Source: Marsupella aquatica (lineage: Eukaryota > Plantae > Marchantiophyta). Taken from it: a stretch of DNA of 64,000 nucleotides. This document shows, in pieces, positions 1-12,226 of this stretch (position 1 is the first letter of the stretch; every line of letters begins with the position of its first letter). The stretch lies in NCBI GenBank assembly GCA_973895155.1, contig OZ316891.1, positions 21,504,513-21,568,512 of the forward strand, given 5' to 3'. The notes under the pieces are model-generated. The model saw only the letters and a list, made by a program, of their open reading frames with translations, had not been told where the DNA came from and ran no database searches. Made by a program: the position numbers and the translations under genes.

Positions 1-426
1 CAATGTGTCATTAATGAAGAAAAATATATCGTGTCACCCAAGATGTTGTTGAGAAGAAAAATGTTGTGACACCCAAGATGTACTTAAGAAAAATGACATT
101 GTGTCACCCAAGATGTTGTGGCACCCAATATGTCCTTAAGAAAAGAAATGCCACGTTTCCCAAGATGTTGTTAAGAGAAAAGTTGTCGTTAAGTAAAAAA
201 GACGTTGTTAAGACAAAAGTTGCAAAAAAGATGGCGTGGTGAGAGAAATATGTTGAGGTGAAAATAGATGTTGAGGTGAGAAAAAGAAGTTGAAGTGAGA
301 AAAAGAAGTGGAGGTGAGAAAAAGATGTCGAGGTGAACAAAGATGTTGATGAGAAAAAGAGATGTTGAGCTAAGAAAAAGAAGTAGAGCAAAAACTATGT
401 CAAGGAGAGAAAAGATGGCGATATGA
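1..426. repeat. Degenerate ~20-22 bp purine-rich tandem repeat (GATGTTGAGGTGAGAAAAA-like), probably the interior of a non-autonomous Helitron-like element
   Basis: Repeated gatgttgag/gtgagaaaaa units. The reverse-complement array (tttttctcacctcaacatc) occurs at ~62900-63355 in front of a Helitron-like 3' end. Confidence 0.55.
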
Positions 427-429
427 CAC

Positions 430-800
430 TAGAAGAATCCGAGGTGAACTGAGACCGCAATATATGACTCATTTTGGCTCATGTGACTTCATTGTGACTC
501 AACGTGACTTGACCCACGCTGTGACCCTTGGAGTTGCAAAAGTTGAGACCAAAAAATGGAAGTCACTATTGATACTGGGCTTTGCAACTTGCTTGATACC
601 CATTTGTGACTGATCTGTGACTTTATTGTGGAGTCTAGCCTTGTTTCGACGTGACTGCAATATGACTTCAGCGAGTCACATCGTAAGTCACATACATGAC
701 TTACCCGCATTCAACAACGACTAGCGTGTGACTATTTAGTGTCACAGGAGAGACCAATGGAGACCCTGGCCCGCGTCACACAACAGAACCATTTGGGACT
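430..800. repeat. CACTA subterminal repeat region (GTGACT/AGTCAC, GAGACC motifs)
   Basis: Dense short motifs in both orientations just inside the TIR, matched by a shorter array at ~18590-18650. Confidence 0.7.
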
Positions 801-1281
801 CTATATACTCATGTTTATAACTAATAAGGTTCACATGCAAGTTATAACCATGACTAATGAACACAGAGGGACAGTTCATAAGAAGAGAGAGCACTCGACA
901 TTACAATACATAGAAACCTGATGTTCTAACTTTAGAAATATAACACATTGAATACAAGAAATGAACATAGCATGAATGACATCCACATGAAACAAAGCAT
1001 CATATAAGCAGATCCTACATAAAACATTCATAAGAATTAAACACAATCACAATCTTGCTAAAAAATGAAGATCATTTGAATTCCAATGGAATAGTTTACA
1101 ATGTGATCAATGTAATTTAGACAAAACAGGAACTCATAATTGATGACTGTAGGATGAGATAACTGAAAGCACATGCATGATACTATGAATCTCCAAGAGG
1201 ACATGATTCTTGTACTGTTTCTTGACATCTAAAATCTACATAACATGACTCACACTACAAACAAATAATGGCATGACATTG

Positions 1282-4200
1282 TTATGGATCCTCTATGAAC
1301 TTGCTTGGCCATAATACCAAAGAACCTGCAGCATCTCCAAGTGTCTTTTGAGGAGGATCATCATTTGTGTTTGGAATGGGAAGGACAGCTTTAGGTTTCA
1401 CTAGTAATGTGACTAACACTACTGAATAACCTGGGGGAATCCTCTTGCCATGGAACGTTGTGGAACCAACCTGCACTCTGGCAAATCCTACTCGTGTTCC
1501 ACTCTCATCAACAGCTAACAAGCCACTTTGTCCCTCAGCATTAGGTGCTTTCCCCACTTCCACCTTAGATCTTTCTGCCAGCACTGTTCTTGGAGGTTTG
1601 TATGAAACCTTTGACGTGGCTCTGCTCCCACCAGCAGACTTGCTTCGTGTGCGCATGCTTCCTCTCTTCACAGTAGTGAAGCTAGGCTCAGTAGGTTCCT
1701 CTGTTAGGACTGTCACAGTAGCAGGTTCATCACCTGGGAGTGTCATACCAACTAACTCTTTGGTTGGATTTATCTCAACAAGAGGCACACCTGTCATTGA
1801 GAATGATACATTCTGCAAATCATTTATCTCTGCAATGGAGTCAAGATCTACATAGCATGAATCTGGCTCAATGGTATCATTGTCATGCTTGCTGATATCC
1901 TCATTTGCCCCAACATTGATATCATCCACTCCCTTGCCAATGTCATCCTCATCCAAACATGGTTGACTGCCCTCTGTCAAACAAGTTGCTTGTACAGACT
2001 GCAACTTTGTTGCCTCTAAATTACAGCGAGTATTTGCCAGGTTCTCATACTTCTTCTCTGTAGCACCTGTCTTATTCTCTATGGACACAACAACCACAAT
2101 ATATGTTACTGAAAATAACACATTCAACAAACAATGTCAATTCAAACTATACATTTAATAATCATATCCCACACAGTTGTAAAGGCCTTACCTTCAAGCC
2201 TACATGTCGTTGGCATGCCAGAAGAGTGCATCGACTTTGCCACCTCAAGTGGTGATGGTGGAACTCCTGCAGAATTGGAATCAATTTTATCTCTCACCGA
2301 CACAACAGCTTCCATTAATGTCTTGAAGTTCACATGGAACAAGTCAGTCAATGAATTCAAACGTTCATTGATCTCTGGAAGACATGTTTCGACAGCCTTC
2401 AAACGACCACTTATCTCTGTAAGTGAAGATCCACCTCCCTACATGACACAGGGGTATAGGTTCAATCACTCCATATGAAATGTTGGGCAATATATGCACA
2501 ATCAATGTTATATACAGTGTACACCTGAAATTCAACGCAGGTCATTCAATTACCAATCAGAACTCATATAACTTACATGCTTGGAGGATTCAGATGCACC
2601 CTCTTGAGCCCGGGTGTTCACAATTTCAGCCCTCAACTCTTCTTTTGAAGGGCTTTGCCCCAATTGGGCTTTCTGCACATGCATGGCAAACACAAGTTAT
2701 CGATCAATATTCAGGGAACGTACACTAAAAAACAAAGTTTACATGTAGGGACAGTACACTAAAAAATAGTACATAGTGTAGCATAAATTACATAGCTAGG
2801 CCATTCATTCTTACCAAACGTTTAGCTGTCGGTGCAGTGCCGGTCCTTCCTGTCAGATTAGGGTTCTGAACACTCAACCTGGCCTCGGTCATCTGTGAAC
2901 TCTTCTTTTTTGAAGCATCTGTTACAAAATAAGCTACTAACCTTGCCCACACTTTATCATCACAACTGGCTGGTGGAGGCATATCTGGCTTCTCCCCACC
3001 TTCCTTCCAAGCCTTATGCATTCTCCACCTCTCTTGCTTGATAATTTTACCTGCTGTACTCTCTAGGCAACCTATGTCCACGCCATCATCACTGCCCACA
3101 TAATTCCATTTGGCAGCAACATTTTCACATACAGTCTTCCAATCTTTTGGATGCTGTTTTTTAAAATTAATAACACTCACATCTAACCAACGCAATACTT
3201 CAGCTTTCAAATCAGCATGCCATCGGTTCTTGCGAGGACACTCAGCATCCACCCATTGTCTCTCATTCAACTTTACGTTCCCTTTCTTTGTCACCTCCCC
3301 TCGTGCACTGCTCTCGGTAGTACTGGGCGTTGTATTGGCCACCCCTTCATTCACCCTACCTGGGGTTCTGAAGCCACCTGGGAAAATACAATGCCATTCA
3401 TGCTTGAGAACTACATATAGCAGAATGGATGACGGCAACATTCAATGCTTCACTTCAAGAAAAATTCTTCAAACATACATACCTGTAGCTCTGCCTGTAG
3501 ATGCCTGTGCAGGGACTGCACTCTGAAATTGTTGCGACCCTGGACCACCTGTCCAGCCTAGTACAGGGGCCGGATGATGTCACTTTCTAGGTATGTGTGT
3601 GCAAACATATGTACTGAAAACTAAGTACAAACTGTAGGAAAACAACTGAACATTCACCGACATACCTGTCCCCCTTCCGTGCTGCATCTGCATAGGGGCA
3701 TTAGTGAATACTTGAGTCGATGGTTCGACTGTCCAACCTGCACACATACATTTTCTATCATTATACATGTGCAGAGTCCCCCCCACGTGAATGGACTCCA
3801 CATATAATGAGTTCTTCCATTGCTGACAAGATCAGACATTACCTGCTCCTCTTCCAGCGTTTGTAGGTACTGAATTTTGATATCCCTGCCAATTACCTTC
3901 ACCACCTTCCCAACCTTGTTCATTCCACGACCCACCACCATCCTCCCAACCTGGTTCAACCCATGTCTGTCCTTGTGGACATTGGAACTGATCATTACTA
4001 GCATTTGCCCAATCAGGTTGGGCAGAATCTGCATGCAATGGCAGGTGGACAGAATTTCATGTTGTCTGAATCCAATACATCCCAAACAATGTCAAAAATT
4101 GATATGCAGTCTGAAATTCAGGAGTGCCATGCCTTCACAAAGAACTGGCATATAGATATATACTCACATCCCCACGGTTGAGGTGGACGTCCATACCCAC

Positions 4201-4989
4201 GAGATTGTGGGTTTGGACCTGCTCTGCCTCTACCACGGGCATAACCTAGAGCTTGCCCCCTGCCATAGTATTGGGCACCAGCCTGGGATCTACCACTACT
4301 ACCACCTCGCCAACCTTGATCAGAGGTCAGCCCCCCCTGCTGGTATGGTGCATGCACAGGCTTCGAAGGCAAAACAGAACTGGCAGGACGCTGCATCACA
4401 TCACCAACTACAATGTCAGGAACTAAGCAAGGTACATATGTGTAGTACTGAACATATGAAACCTCTAAACAAGAGTTTTTAACTCAAAACCTTGTTGGGA
4501 AAACTACTTACATGTTTCTTTTGGGGCTGCTCTGCAATGTATTCATCTTCATAACCCCCATCCTCATCCATTTCCTCTGGAAAATACTCATCATCTGCAT
4601 CTTCTTGTCTAGTGTCTGCACCCACCTGTGCAGCATCAATGTCATCTCCACATTCTGCCATTGTAGGTACGACCTTCTTGCTCAACCTGTCACTCCGACG
4701 CACAGGCCCAGAGATAGTGCTGGTCACCCTTCTTGCGTACTCCTTTTGTTTCTTTGAAAATGCTGTGGCTCTGCGACATTCCAATATGAGAATACAGTCA
4801 CAATTTCAGTGCCACATTGAACTATTCATGTCACACAAACTCAGCGGAGGGGTGTAGTTGAGAATCGTTCCCTTACAATTCAGCCACATCCTTTTCCAGA
4901 TCCAGTTCTGCGATTTTGGCTTTCACGTATGCTCGTTGTTCCATAGCTTTCCTTTCATACTCACACATCTCTGTGTCACTCTGTTCCAT
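1282..4989 (-). CDS. CACTA second ORF (TnpA-like, multi-exon, ~10 exons)
   Basis: Chain of minus-strand ORF pieces bounded by GT..AG. 2788-3378 resembles the Ptta/En/Spm family (..VWARLVAYF..SKKKSSQMTEAR..TGRTG). The last exon ends in the typical HGKRIPPGYSVVLV..LPIP..TLGDAAGSLVLWP motif. Proposed ATG at 4989; exon boundaries approximate. Confidence 0.75.
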
Positions 4990-5145
4990 CCTACTGGACC
5001 ACAAAAACATGTCATCTATGGTCACCCCGTATAACACAATGCAACCACAATCACCAGGCATCCATCCATACATCTGTGTTGCTTCAGAATTACTTTATTA
5101 CACATCCTTCCCCTCACTAATGTCTATGCAAACAATTCACATTAC

Positions 5146-8100
5146 TCATGGCACAGGCACACTGTTGGCATCTGCATCTCTGAATTCGCCTCCTTCAGCA
5201 AATGCATCTACCCTTGTCACAGGAATGAAGTCCCCGCTATCATGAACTACAGGCACTTGGTCTGAACGCCGACGATCAAAGGCACTATGAGAGTGTAAAT
5301 GAAACTCAAGGTTTGATCCTTCCATCCGGCGTTGCCTGGCCTGTTTATGACACACTACACGCCAACCTGGGGAGTCTTCCACATCCAGGAAGAAAGCTTG
5401 CTCCACCTGACTAGGAAACACAAATGGCTCAGACCATTCGGGCAATTTCCCTCTGAAATTGGCCAGCAAGAAACCGTCGTTGTCTCTCTTCATGGTAGCC
5501 CTGTTACCAAGCCAATCCTGCCGCACCCATGAACCTTTCATAAGAATCACAGGACTGGACACCGCCCCATAGTCCAGAGCCCATATGTCAACTAATTCTC
5601 CCACATATCCCATCTCCATCCAGGCCCTGTCGTGATTGTGGCTCTGTTGCTCAAATACAGTGATGAGCCCGCAGTCATTCGTCACCCTGTAGGCACTGTC
5701 ACCATCCTTCACTCGGAAGTGATTCCCATATGCTCTCATCCGTTTGTAAGTCTTCACTTTCAGGCTAGGGGCATTAGACAGTAGGTAAACATCTGCATCC
5801 ATGTCTGGGTGGGTCTCGTGATGCTCTCTAATTGCCACTCTGATCCACTCCATGAAACCTGGAAAAGTTGTTCCTGCAGTGGGATGGGCCGCCTTCAATG
5901 ACTCATACTCCCTGAACGAACAACCACACAGCATTAGCTTGGGTAAACATGAACAGGCTGAAGGAGAAAACCACACGAACACAACATTTAAGCTCATGAA
6001 CTGGATTATAGCACATGTATGCACTCACTGTATCCAGGGTTCCATCACCACAGTGTTGTGCAATACAAAGTCATGTGCCAAGTCTCTCATAGATATGGTC
6101 AGGTTCTTTGTGGTTGCAGCCCCTTCCAGTACTTCACCTACCACCCCTTCCTCCTCATCAGAATTCCACACCCTGGTCTTCACATGCTCATATTGTGCTA
6201 TGTATTCGGTCAGAAATCCCAGAGTCTCATCCTTGATGTAACCTTTAGCCATGCTTGCTTCAGGTTTGTAATATGTTCTCACGTGACCTTTGAGTAGCTT
6301 CATGTACCGTTCCAAAGGGTACAACCAACGAGCACTCACAGGCCCAAATTGGTGTAGCTCTTCCACAACATGGACAAGTAGGTGGGTCATGACATCAAAA
6401 AATGCGGGAGGAAAATAAATCTCCAGGTCACACAGCACCTGAGCGACATCTTCTGTCAGTTGTGGGAAGTGTGTTTCATCCCAAACCTTCACACAAATAC
6501 GACGAAACACATCACTGAGTCGCATGATCACAGTACGAACAGGCTTCTGCAACAGGCCCCTCAGGCATAAAGGCAACACCTGTTGCATCAACATATGGTA
6601 GTCATGGCTTTTCATACTACCAAGCTTTCTAGTCATGATATGCTTCTTGAAAGCACTGCCATAGTTTGAAGGAACCTTCAAAGAACTCAACCTCTGCACA
6701 AATAGTTCCCACTCTGTGTCTGTCAGAACATAGGGCGCTTGGTACTTCAAGAGCACATCAGCTCTGTGGGCATGTGGCCTCAACCAAAGATGGGGTTTCA
6801 TTCCCCTCTGTTCAAGATCCAATCTCACTGAACCAGTGTCTTTCTCTCCACACAAGAATCTGAGTAGACTCTCACAAATATTCTTTTCAATGTGCATAAC
6901 ATCAATGTTATGTTTGCTTGGCTCAAACTCCTGCATCGTTGCAATGCAAAAGCGTCAGGAAATGCCTCAAGTTTAGTCTCTCTCTTCGAAATGAATGCAC
7001 ATGCTCTGAACCAAAACATGTATCCCAATTAGCATCAACTCCAAGAGGCTTACCCTCCAGTACTTGAGCTCCAAGTCCAATATGCTCAGTCTTTTTACAC
7101 CATATCGCTTTATTGGATCACTCACTCCATCTTCCCTGCCCCCTCGTTTGATATAGTCATCCCTCAGTGCTCCCCACTGCCTGATCTCCTCTTTGGTCAC
7201 TCGTGCCGGGGGTCCACGTTGCTCAATCTCATTGCCAAAGTGTGCAATCAGTGCCTGTCTTTCTCTGTAAGGGTGATCTGTCTTCAGAAAACGACGATGG
7301 CCCATGTATATCACTTTCTGCAGGGCTCTGGAGTACTCACTGGTGACATTGCGCCCACAGATAGTACAAGCACAATATCCTTTTGTTGTTTGGCCTGATA
7401 TCATCCCATGGGCTGGGTAGTCAGCTATAGTCAGAATGACAATGGCTCTAAGGATGAATGGGTTTAACCTCCCAAGCCTCTGTAGGACATCATATGTGAG
7501 AACTCCTTCCTCCCAAAGCTTTCTCAATTCCTCCACTAGGGGAGCCAGAAACACATCTATGTTGGCAGATACAGCACTGTCTGGCCCTGGTATCAGTAGG
7601 ACCATCAGAACAAAAAATCGCTTTGTAGTCATCCAAGGAGGAAGGTTATAATTCAAAATAGTTACAGGCCAGCATGAAAATTTGTTGTTCTTGTCTCCAA
7701 ATGGGTTTACCCCATCCAATGACAGCCCAAGTCTGACATTCCTCGGCTCAGCAGCAAATTCGGGATACATCTCATCTATGAGTTTCCATTGCCTTGAATC
7801 TGCAGCATGTCGTTGTAGCCCATCATCACTTTTCTTGTCAGTTGCCCAAGTCATCATCTCCGAGATGGCACGGCTTCTGAACATCCGCTGAAGTCTGGGA
7901 ATGAGTGGAAAATGACGAAGTACCTTGGCGGGAACCATAGACTTTCCTGAGTTCCGATACCTGTGCTTCCCACACTTAGGGCATGTCAACGATTCTTTAT
8001 ACTCCTTTCTGAAAAGAACATGCCCATCAGGACAGGCATGGATCGAATCATAGTTCAATCCAAGATTAGATATGCATCTTTTTGCCTCGTACATGTTCTT

Positions 8101-8877
8101 GGGCAAAATATTACCATCTGGTAGCACAGTTGTTCGCAAGAATGCCAACAACTCAGAAACCAAAACGTTGGGGACATTGTGGTTGCCGCAAATGTTCAGG
8201 AACATGATGACAAATCCCAGTTTAGAACATTTGCTACCGGGGTACAAAGACTTCCTGCCTTCCTGTATTTGCAAGGGAGAGCCAAACATCCCATCATGCC
8301 CAGGGGTTTCCTGCCCTATCTCAAACTCATCAAGAGGCTCTTCGACAGGGGGCACACTTGCATCTGCAGCCGTATCCTCTTCATTGTCCAGCCCATCATG
8401 AAATGCATCCAAGTCTTGGAAGATGTCTCTCACCATCTCTTCCACATGAATTCCTTCGTCACGTGGTGCTGCCTGAGCACCATCCCGTTGGAGAGCTGAC
8501 AACCCACAGAGACCAGCTACAACATTTTCAAATGCACCAGGCAGAACCTCACTTGCCCGTCTTGCAGCATTGGCAGCATCAAATTCTAACCTCCACTCCT
8601 CGTCGGAAGAATCTTCCTCTGCAGGATCATTCCAAACTCGATGTCGTGGATCTCTTCCATGAACCGCGATATGCCGCCAAACCTCATTCAGACCCCTGGT
8701 ACGGGATCCTTGGCAGATTGCACAAGGACATCTCATCCTACTGGCTCCTGAAAGTCTGGTTCGTAACCTTTCACGCTGCCAAAGCTTATTATCATGGCGT
8801 GATATCCTTGTGGGATGATGCAAAGGCAGTGCCTGTGCCCTGGGCTGGGTCTGGGGAGGGTGGTGACCAGGGTGCAT
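5146..8877 (-). CDS. En/Spm (CACTA) transposase, TnpD/TNP2-like; 3 exons 8877-7054, 6930-6029, 5911-5146 (~1163 aa)
   Basis: N-terminal CPC..C transposase-associated motif. Transposase_21 motifs IHACPDGH, LRHFPLIPRLQRMF, RLGLSLDGVNPF, YNLPPW, DYPAHG. HNIDVMHIEKN, KSHDYH, FPPAFFDVMTHL, WLYPLERYMKLLK (DUF4218-like) and EPFVFPSQVEQAFF (DUF4216-like). Both GT-AG introns join in frame (1824+902+766 nt). Confidence 0.93.
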
Positions 8878-9310
8878 TGTAACAGGCTGGGAGCTCTGCA
8901 GTCATGGACAGCAGTGAACAAGGATGCCTAATGGTGGTATTTGTGTTCCATATATCCCTGACTGTATCTGCCAAAAGAGTTAACATAACGTGTACTAAAT
9001 TCTCACAAACCCTAAACCACCCCAAAAGAAAAAAACAGGTTCGCAAGTAGTGTACCTATTGTCAAGTGAATGACACAAAATTTCTAAATGTTGGAGGGTG
9101 TCACCACCTCCTCCGCTGTCCTCAAATGTACCGCCTCTGCATGTACGTTTACAGTGACACCCCCAGGCAGCAGGAAACAACAATCCGCCAACAGTAAAAT
9201 AAGCCCAACTGCCACCAACCATAACAAGGTACATTAGTTCAAAGATCACATTTATTTCAATGATCTGATTTATACAAAAAAACTTGTGTCCAAACTGATG
9301 CTACTACTCC

Positions 9311-10183
9311 TCACTCTGATTCAGAATCGCTAATGACCCATTCCTCACTTGTTGTCTCATAGTCCTCTCTGTAAGGATCCTGACCCTTCCGTGGCCAGGC
9401 CTCAAAAAGATCATAGTCCATTGGGTTTTGACGCTTCCCAGCTGCTACTGATTCCACAAGCCAAGCATATGAAACCACAAACACATTATGGGACATGACA
9501 TAAAAGCGAATGTCTCCCTTCCCAAACTTGCGGCAGGCTTTGGGATATGACTTAGTAATGACATGAGTGGTGTCCTCTGTTATATTCTCCTCCACTGTCC
9601 CACCTAGGTCAAGCACTGTGGACTTGTACACTTTGCACTTAACCTCTCCAATTCCCGCCTCCACAAATACCATGCTCAGCCCTTTCAGAATGGGGGTTGG
9701 TTGCTTCGTCTCCTCAGCCAACATACTCTTCAGCCTTGTAGAGCTCTGTCCTTTGTTGAGTACAGGTCCATATTGGAGATCAGCAAGCCGTGCCTTTGCT
9801 TCCCAGACTTCTTGTTCAGCCCAAGCTGATGCAGTAGCTTCTTCATCCTCCCACAACTCATATTGCTCAGTATCCTGTACAATCTTATGTGCTATGGAAT
9901 CTGTGATCCAAGAGGCCTCAACTACTTTTAGGCCTTGCTTAGTAATTGCAGAATTCATGTAGGACCATGACCACTTCTTTATCACTGATAGCCATGTCCC
10001 TGCAACAACATGTGTAGTCTCTGGAGTGATGTCCTGAACTACAGTGCCATGGAGCTCAGAGAATCGTTTCTGTACAGTTGGCCAATGCACTTTGGTCAAC
10101 CCATGCTGGCCATGGACCAAAATCGCTCTGACCCCTGTAAACACTGCTGGGTGGTCACACTTTCTACGTTTACCAGGCTCCAT
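9311..10183 (-). CDS. Intronless tandem-BRCT protein (~290 aa) encoded inside the CACTA
   Basis: Two BRCT-like repeats, each with G-x-V..THVV/I and a W(I/L)xxS helix. Basic NLS-like PGKRRK at the N-terminus and an acidic tail. ATG at 10183. Confidence 0.8.
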   Translation of the reverse strand: MEPGKRRKCDHPAVFTGVRAILVHGQHGLTKVHWPTVQKRFSELHGTVVQDITPETTHVVAGTWLSVIKKWSWSYMNSAITKQGLKVVEASWITDSIAHKIVQDTEQYELWEDEEATASAWAEQEVWEAKARLADLQYGPVLNKGQSSTRLKSMLAEETKQPTPILKGLSMVFVEAGIGEVKCKVYKSTVLDLGGTVEENITEDTTHVITKSYPKACRKFGKGDIRFYVMSHNVFVVSYAWLVESVAAGKRQNPMDYDLFEAWPRKGQDPYREDYETTSEEWVISDSESE

Positions 10184-10775
10184 GTACACACACCCTACGT
10201 GATGACAGTGAATTTTGGAAGAATGGGTTCACCTGACAATACAAGGACAACAAAATTCCTGCTTTTTGAGTTGATCTGGCCCACTGGTGCTCAGGTCCGA
10301 TTTTGATAGGTACAAGGGATATGTGAACAATACGTACTAGGCACCTGCACGGATGCAGGACATTGTTTGAATATATACTACAAAATCCATATCCGTGGTG
10401 AAATGAAGTGCAACCAACTTGTCATGGCACATACATATTTTGTTGTAAAGGAGGATACATTCAATGACAAACTTATAGGGCAATTTGATTAATTGCATGC
10501 CTGATAATTTATACGCTTACAACTTAGAAGTCCTGTTTTAATTTAGCAGTGTGATGAAAGTGTTTATGAAAATGACCACTCAGCCTAAATACTTCCAAGA
10601 AGGCTTGTAAGGATAAGTTTGTATAGGCATGTACCCAGCCACTGACGCCAGAGCACAAGATAAGTGCTGCCTATATAAACTCGCCTACCCAACTCCTTTT
10701 CAAAATTGGAATCTCTGCAATCTCAAAAAATAGTACATCCACATCAGGTGCACTGTGCATGTACAATGTTCAGCT

Positions 10776-11456
10776 TCACAGCCAAGATATGTGATCTCTC
10801 ACAGGAGTGCGCGAGGTAGGATCAATGGCATGGCGATGACAATAAAATATCCATCGATCAACACCATGTGCAGAGTGATCATAGATTTCTCTGTCACAAG
10901 CATAACCCTCTGCTTGATGATCTTTCAGGCAATGATAGTGCCACATAGTGGGACACCTAGCACAGTGGACTATGTCAGTCCAGTAGTCATCATCATGCTC
11001 ACCACATGCCTTGCACCTATGAAGTGGGCAAGCTGTGGCATGAGCAGGCAAACACTCAAAACAGAAAAATCTCACACAAAAACGGTCTGGACATTTCCTA
11101 ACATTTGCTGCAGCATCAACAGAGCCCTCATAGGACCCCAACTTCCCACACTGTGCACACTTAGCCTGCTTCTCCAAACAATCAGTGCACATCCAGTCTC
11201 CCTGGTGTGTTGACGGGAGGCCCACCCCTGGACAGTTGTTTTCTGCAGCAAGGTCAGACTCCGGGTTGAGGTGGAAATGCCTCATGCAAGGGCCCTCACA
11301 AATGACCAGGCCCCCACCATCGTCACAAATGGCACAACAATGAGCTGCCTTCTGGAAAATCTGACTTGCAGAGAAGTTAGTAGCATCTGCCCCAAGTACA
11401 CCTGTGTTTCTCACCTCTGTCACACGCTTTTTGGCTTGAATTTTAGGCCGTGCCAT
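10776..11456 (-). CDS. Intronless stand-alone EDM2/NSD-type PHD finger protein (226 aa) encoded inside the CACTA
   Basis: CAICDDGGGLVICEGPCMRHFH, CAQCGKLGS, CPLHRCKAC, CARCPTMWHYHCL and terminal IFYCHRHAID..TPVRDHI follow in order the PHD region of plant EDM2 (recalled: CAICDNGG..CEG.C.RSFH, CPLHKC, CRRCP..YH..CL, IYC..H.ID...TPVRDH). Confidence 0.85.
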   Translation of the reverse strand: MARPKIQAKKRVTEVRNTGVLGADATNFSASQIFQKAAHCCAICDDGGGLVICEGPCMRHFHLNPESDLAAENNCPGVGLPSTHQGDWMCTDCLEKQAKCAQCGKLGSYEGSVDAAANVRKCPDRFCVRFFCFECLPAHATACPLHRCKACGEHDDDYWTDIVHCARCPTMWHYHCLKDHQAEGYACDREIYDHSAHGVDRWIFYCHRHAIDPTSRTPVRDHISWL

Positions 11457-11467
11457 GCCTGCGCATG

Positions 11468-11611
11468 AGATAGACTCTACAATTTAGCAGACTGCACAGA
11501 AAGTAATATATATTTAGCATTTAAGGTACAAAGGCATTTAGATAGACTCTACAATTTAGCAGACTGCACAGAAAGTAAAATATATTTAGCATTTAAGGTA
11601 CAAAGGCATTT
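11468..11611. repeat. 72-bp tandem duplication immediately upstream of the PHD ORF
   Basis: agatagactctacaatttagcagactgcacagaaagtaa..ggcattt occurs twice, near-identical. Confidence 0.9.
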
Positions 11612-12226
11612 GCTACTGCAATGAATTGGAATGGCCACACAAGGATGCAGAGCACACATACTTTTGGTATGTTGAGCCCACACACAAAACTGATCCCCTA
11701 ATACAATTTCTCCACCAACACCTCAATTTTAATTGTGGCTATGATTCACCAAAGGAGATCTGCAACAACATTTCATGCATTTGAATCACATACAATAGTC
11801 GTGACATGTAAAACAGGCATTCTTCGAAGAGGATTGGTATGAAGCAGTGTCATAAGGGTTGAAATTTATACATCCTAAATAGGTTATGATAGTGGCTGAG
11901 ACAAATAAGTGAGGCATAAATCATTTTGCATATTATCACATGGCCCATTAATTCATTCAACGTTGCAATGTTCACCAGGTTAAAGCAGTCATGAAAGCAG
12001 TCTTTCAATAGAGACTTTTATGCGAGTTTGCTAGCCTCTTAAATTAGGATATTTTGCTTAGTGCAGGCATAATAGGATATAAGTTATATACTGTTGACCC
12101 TAAACCCTGGACCCAAAATTGCTCATACATCAAAATTTTAAGTAAATATCCTCTGTGTTGAAGTCAGAGTGTTAAGCTATAGGTCAATGGTATCTGGTCT
12201 GTGCATGCGGTGTGACAAGTGGTCCT

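Noticed and set aside
104-391. Hydrophobic Phe/Ser/Thr-rich 95-aa ORF
   Set aside because: Translation of a low-complexity tandem repeat.
1445-9962. Plus-strand ORFs opposite the CACTA genes
   Set aside because: Antisense shadows with no recognisable motifs.
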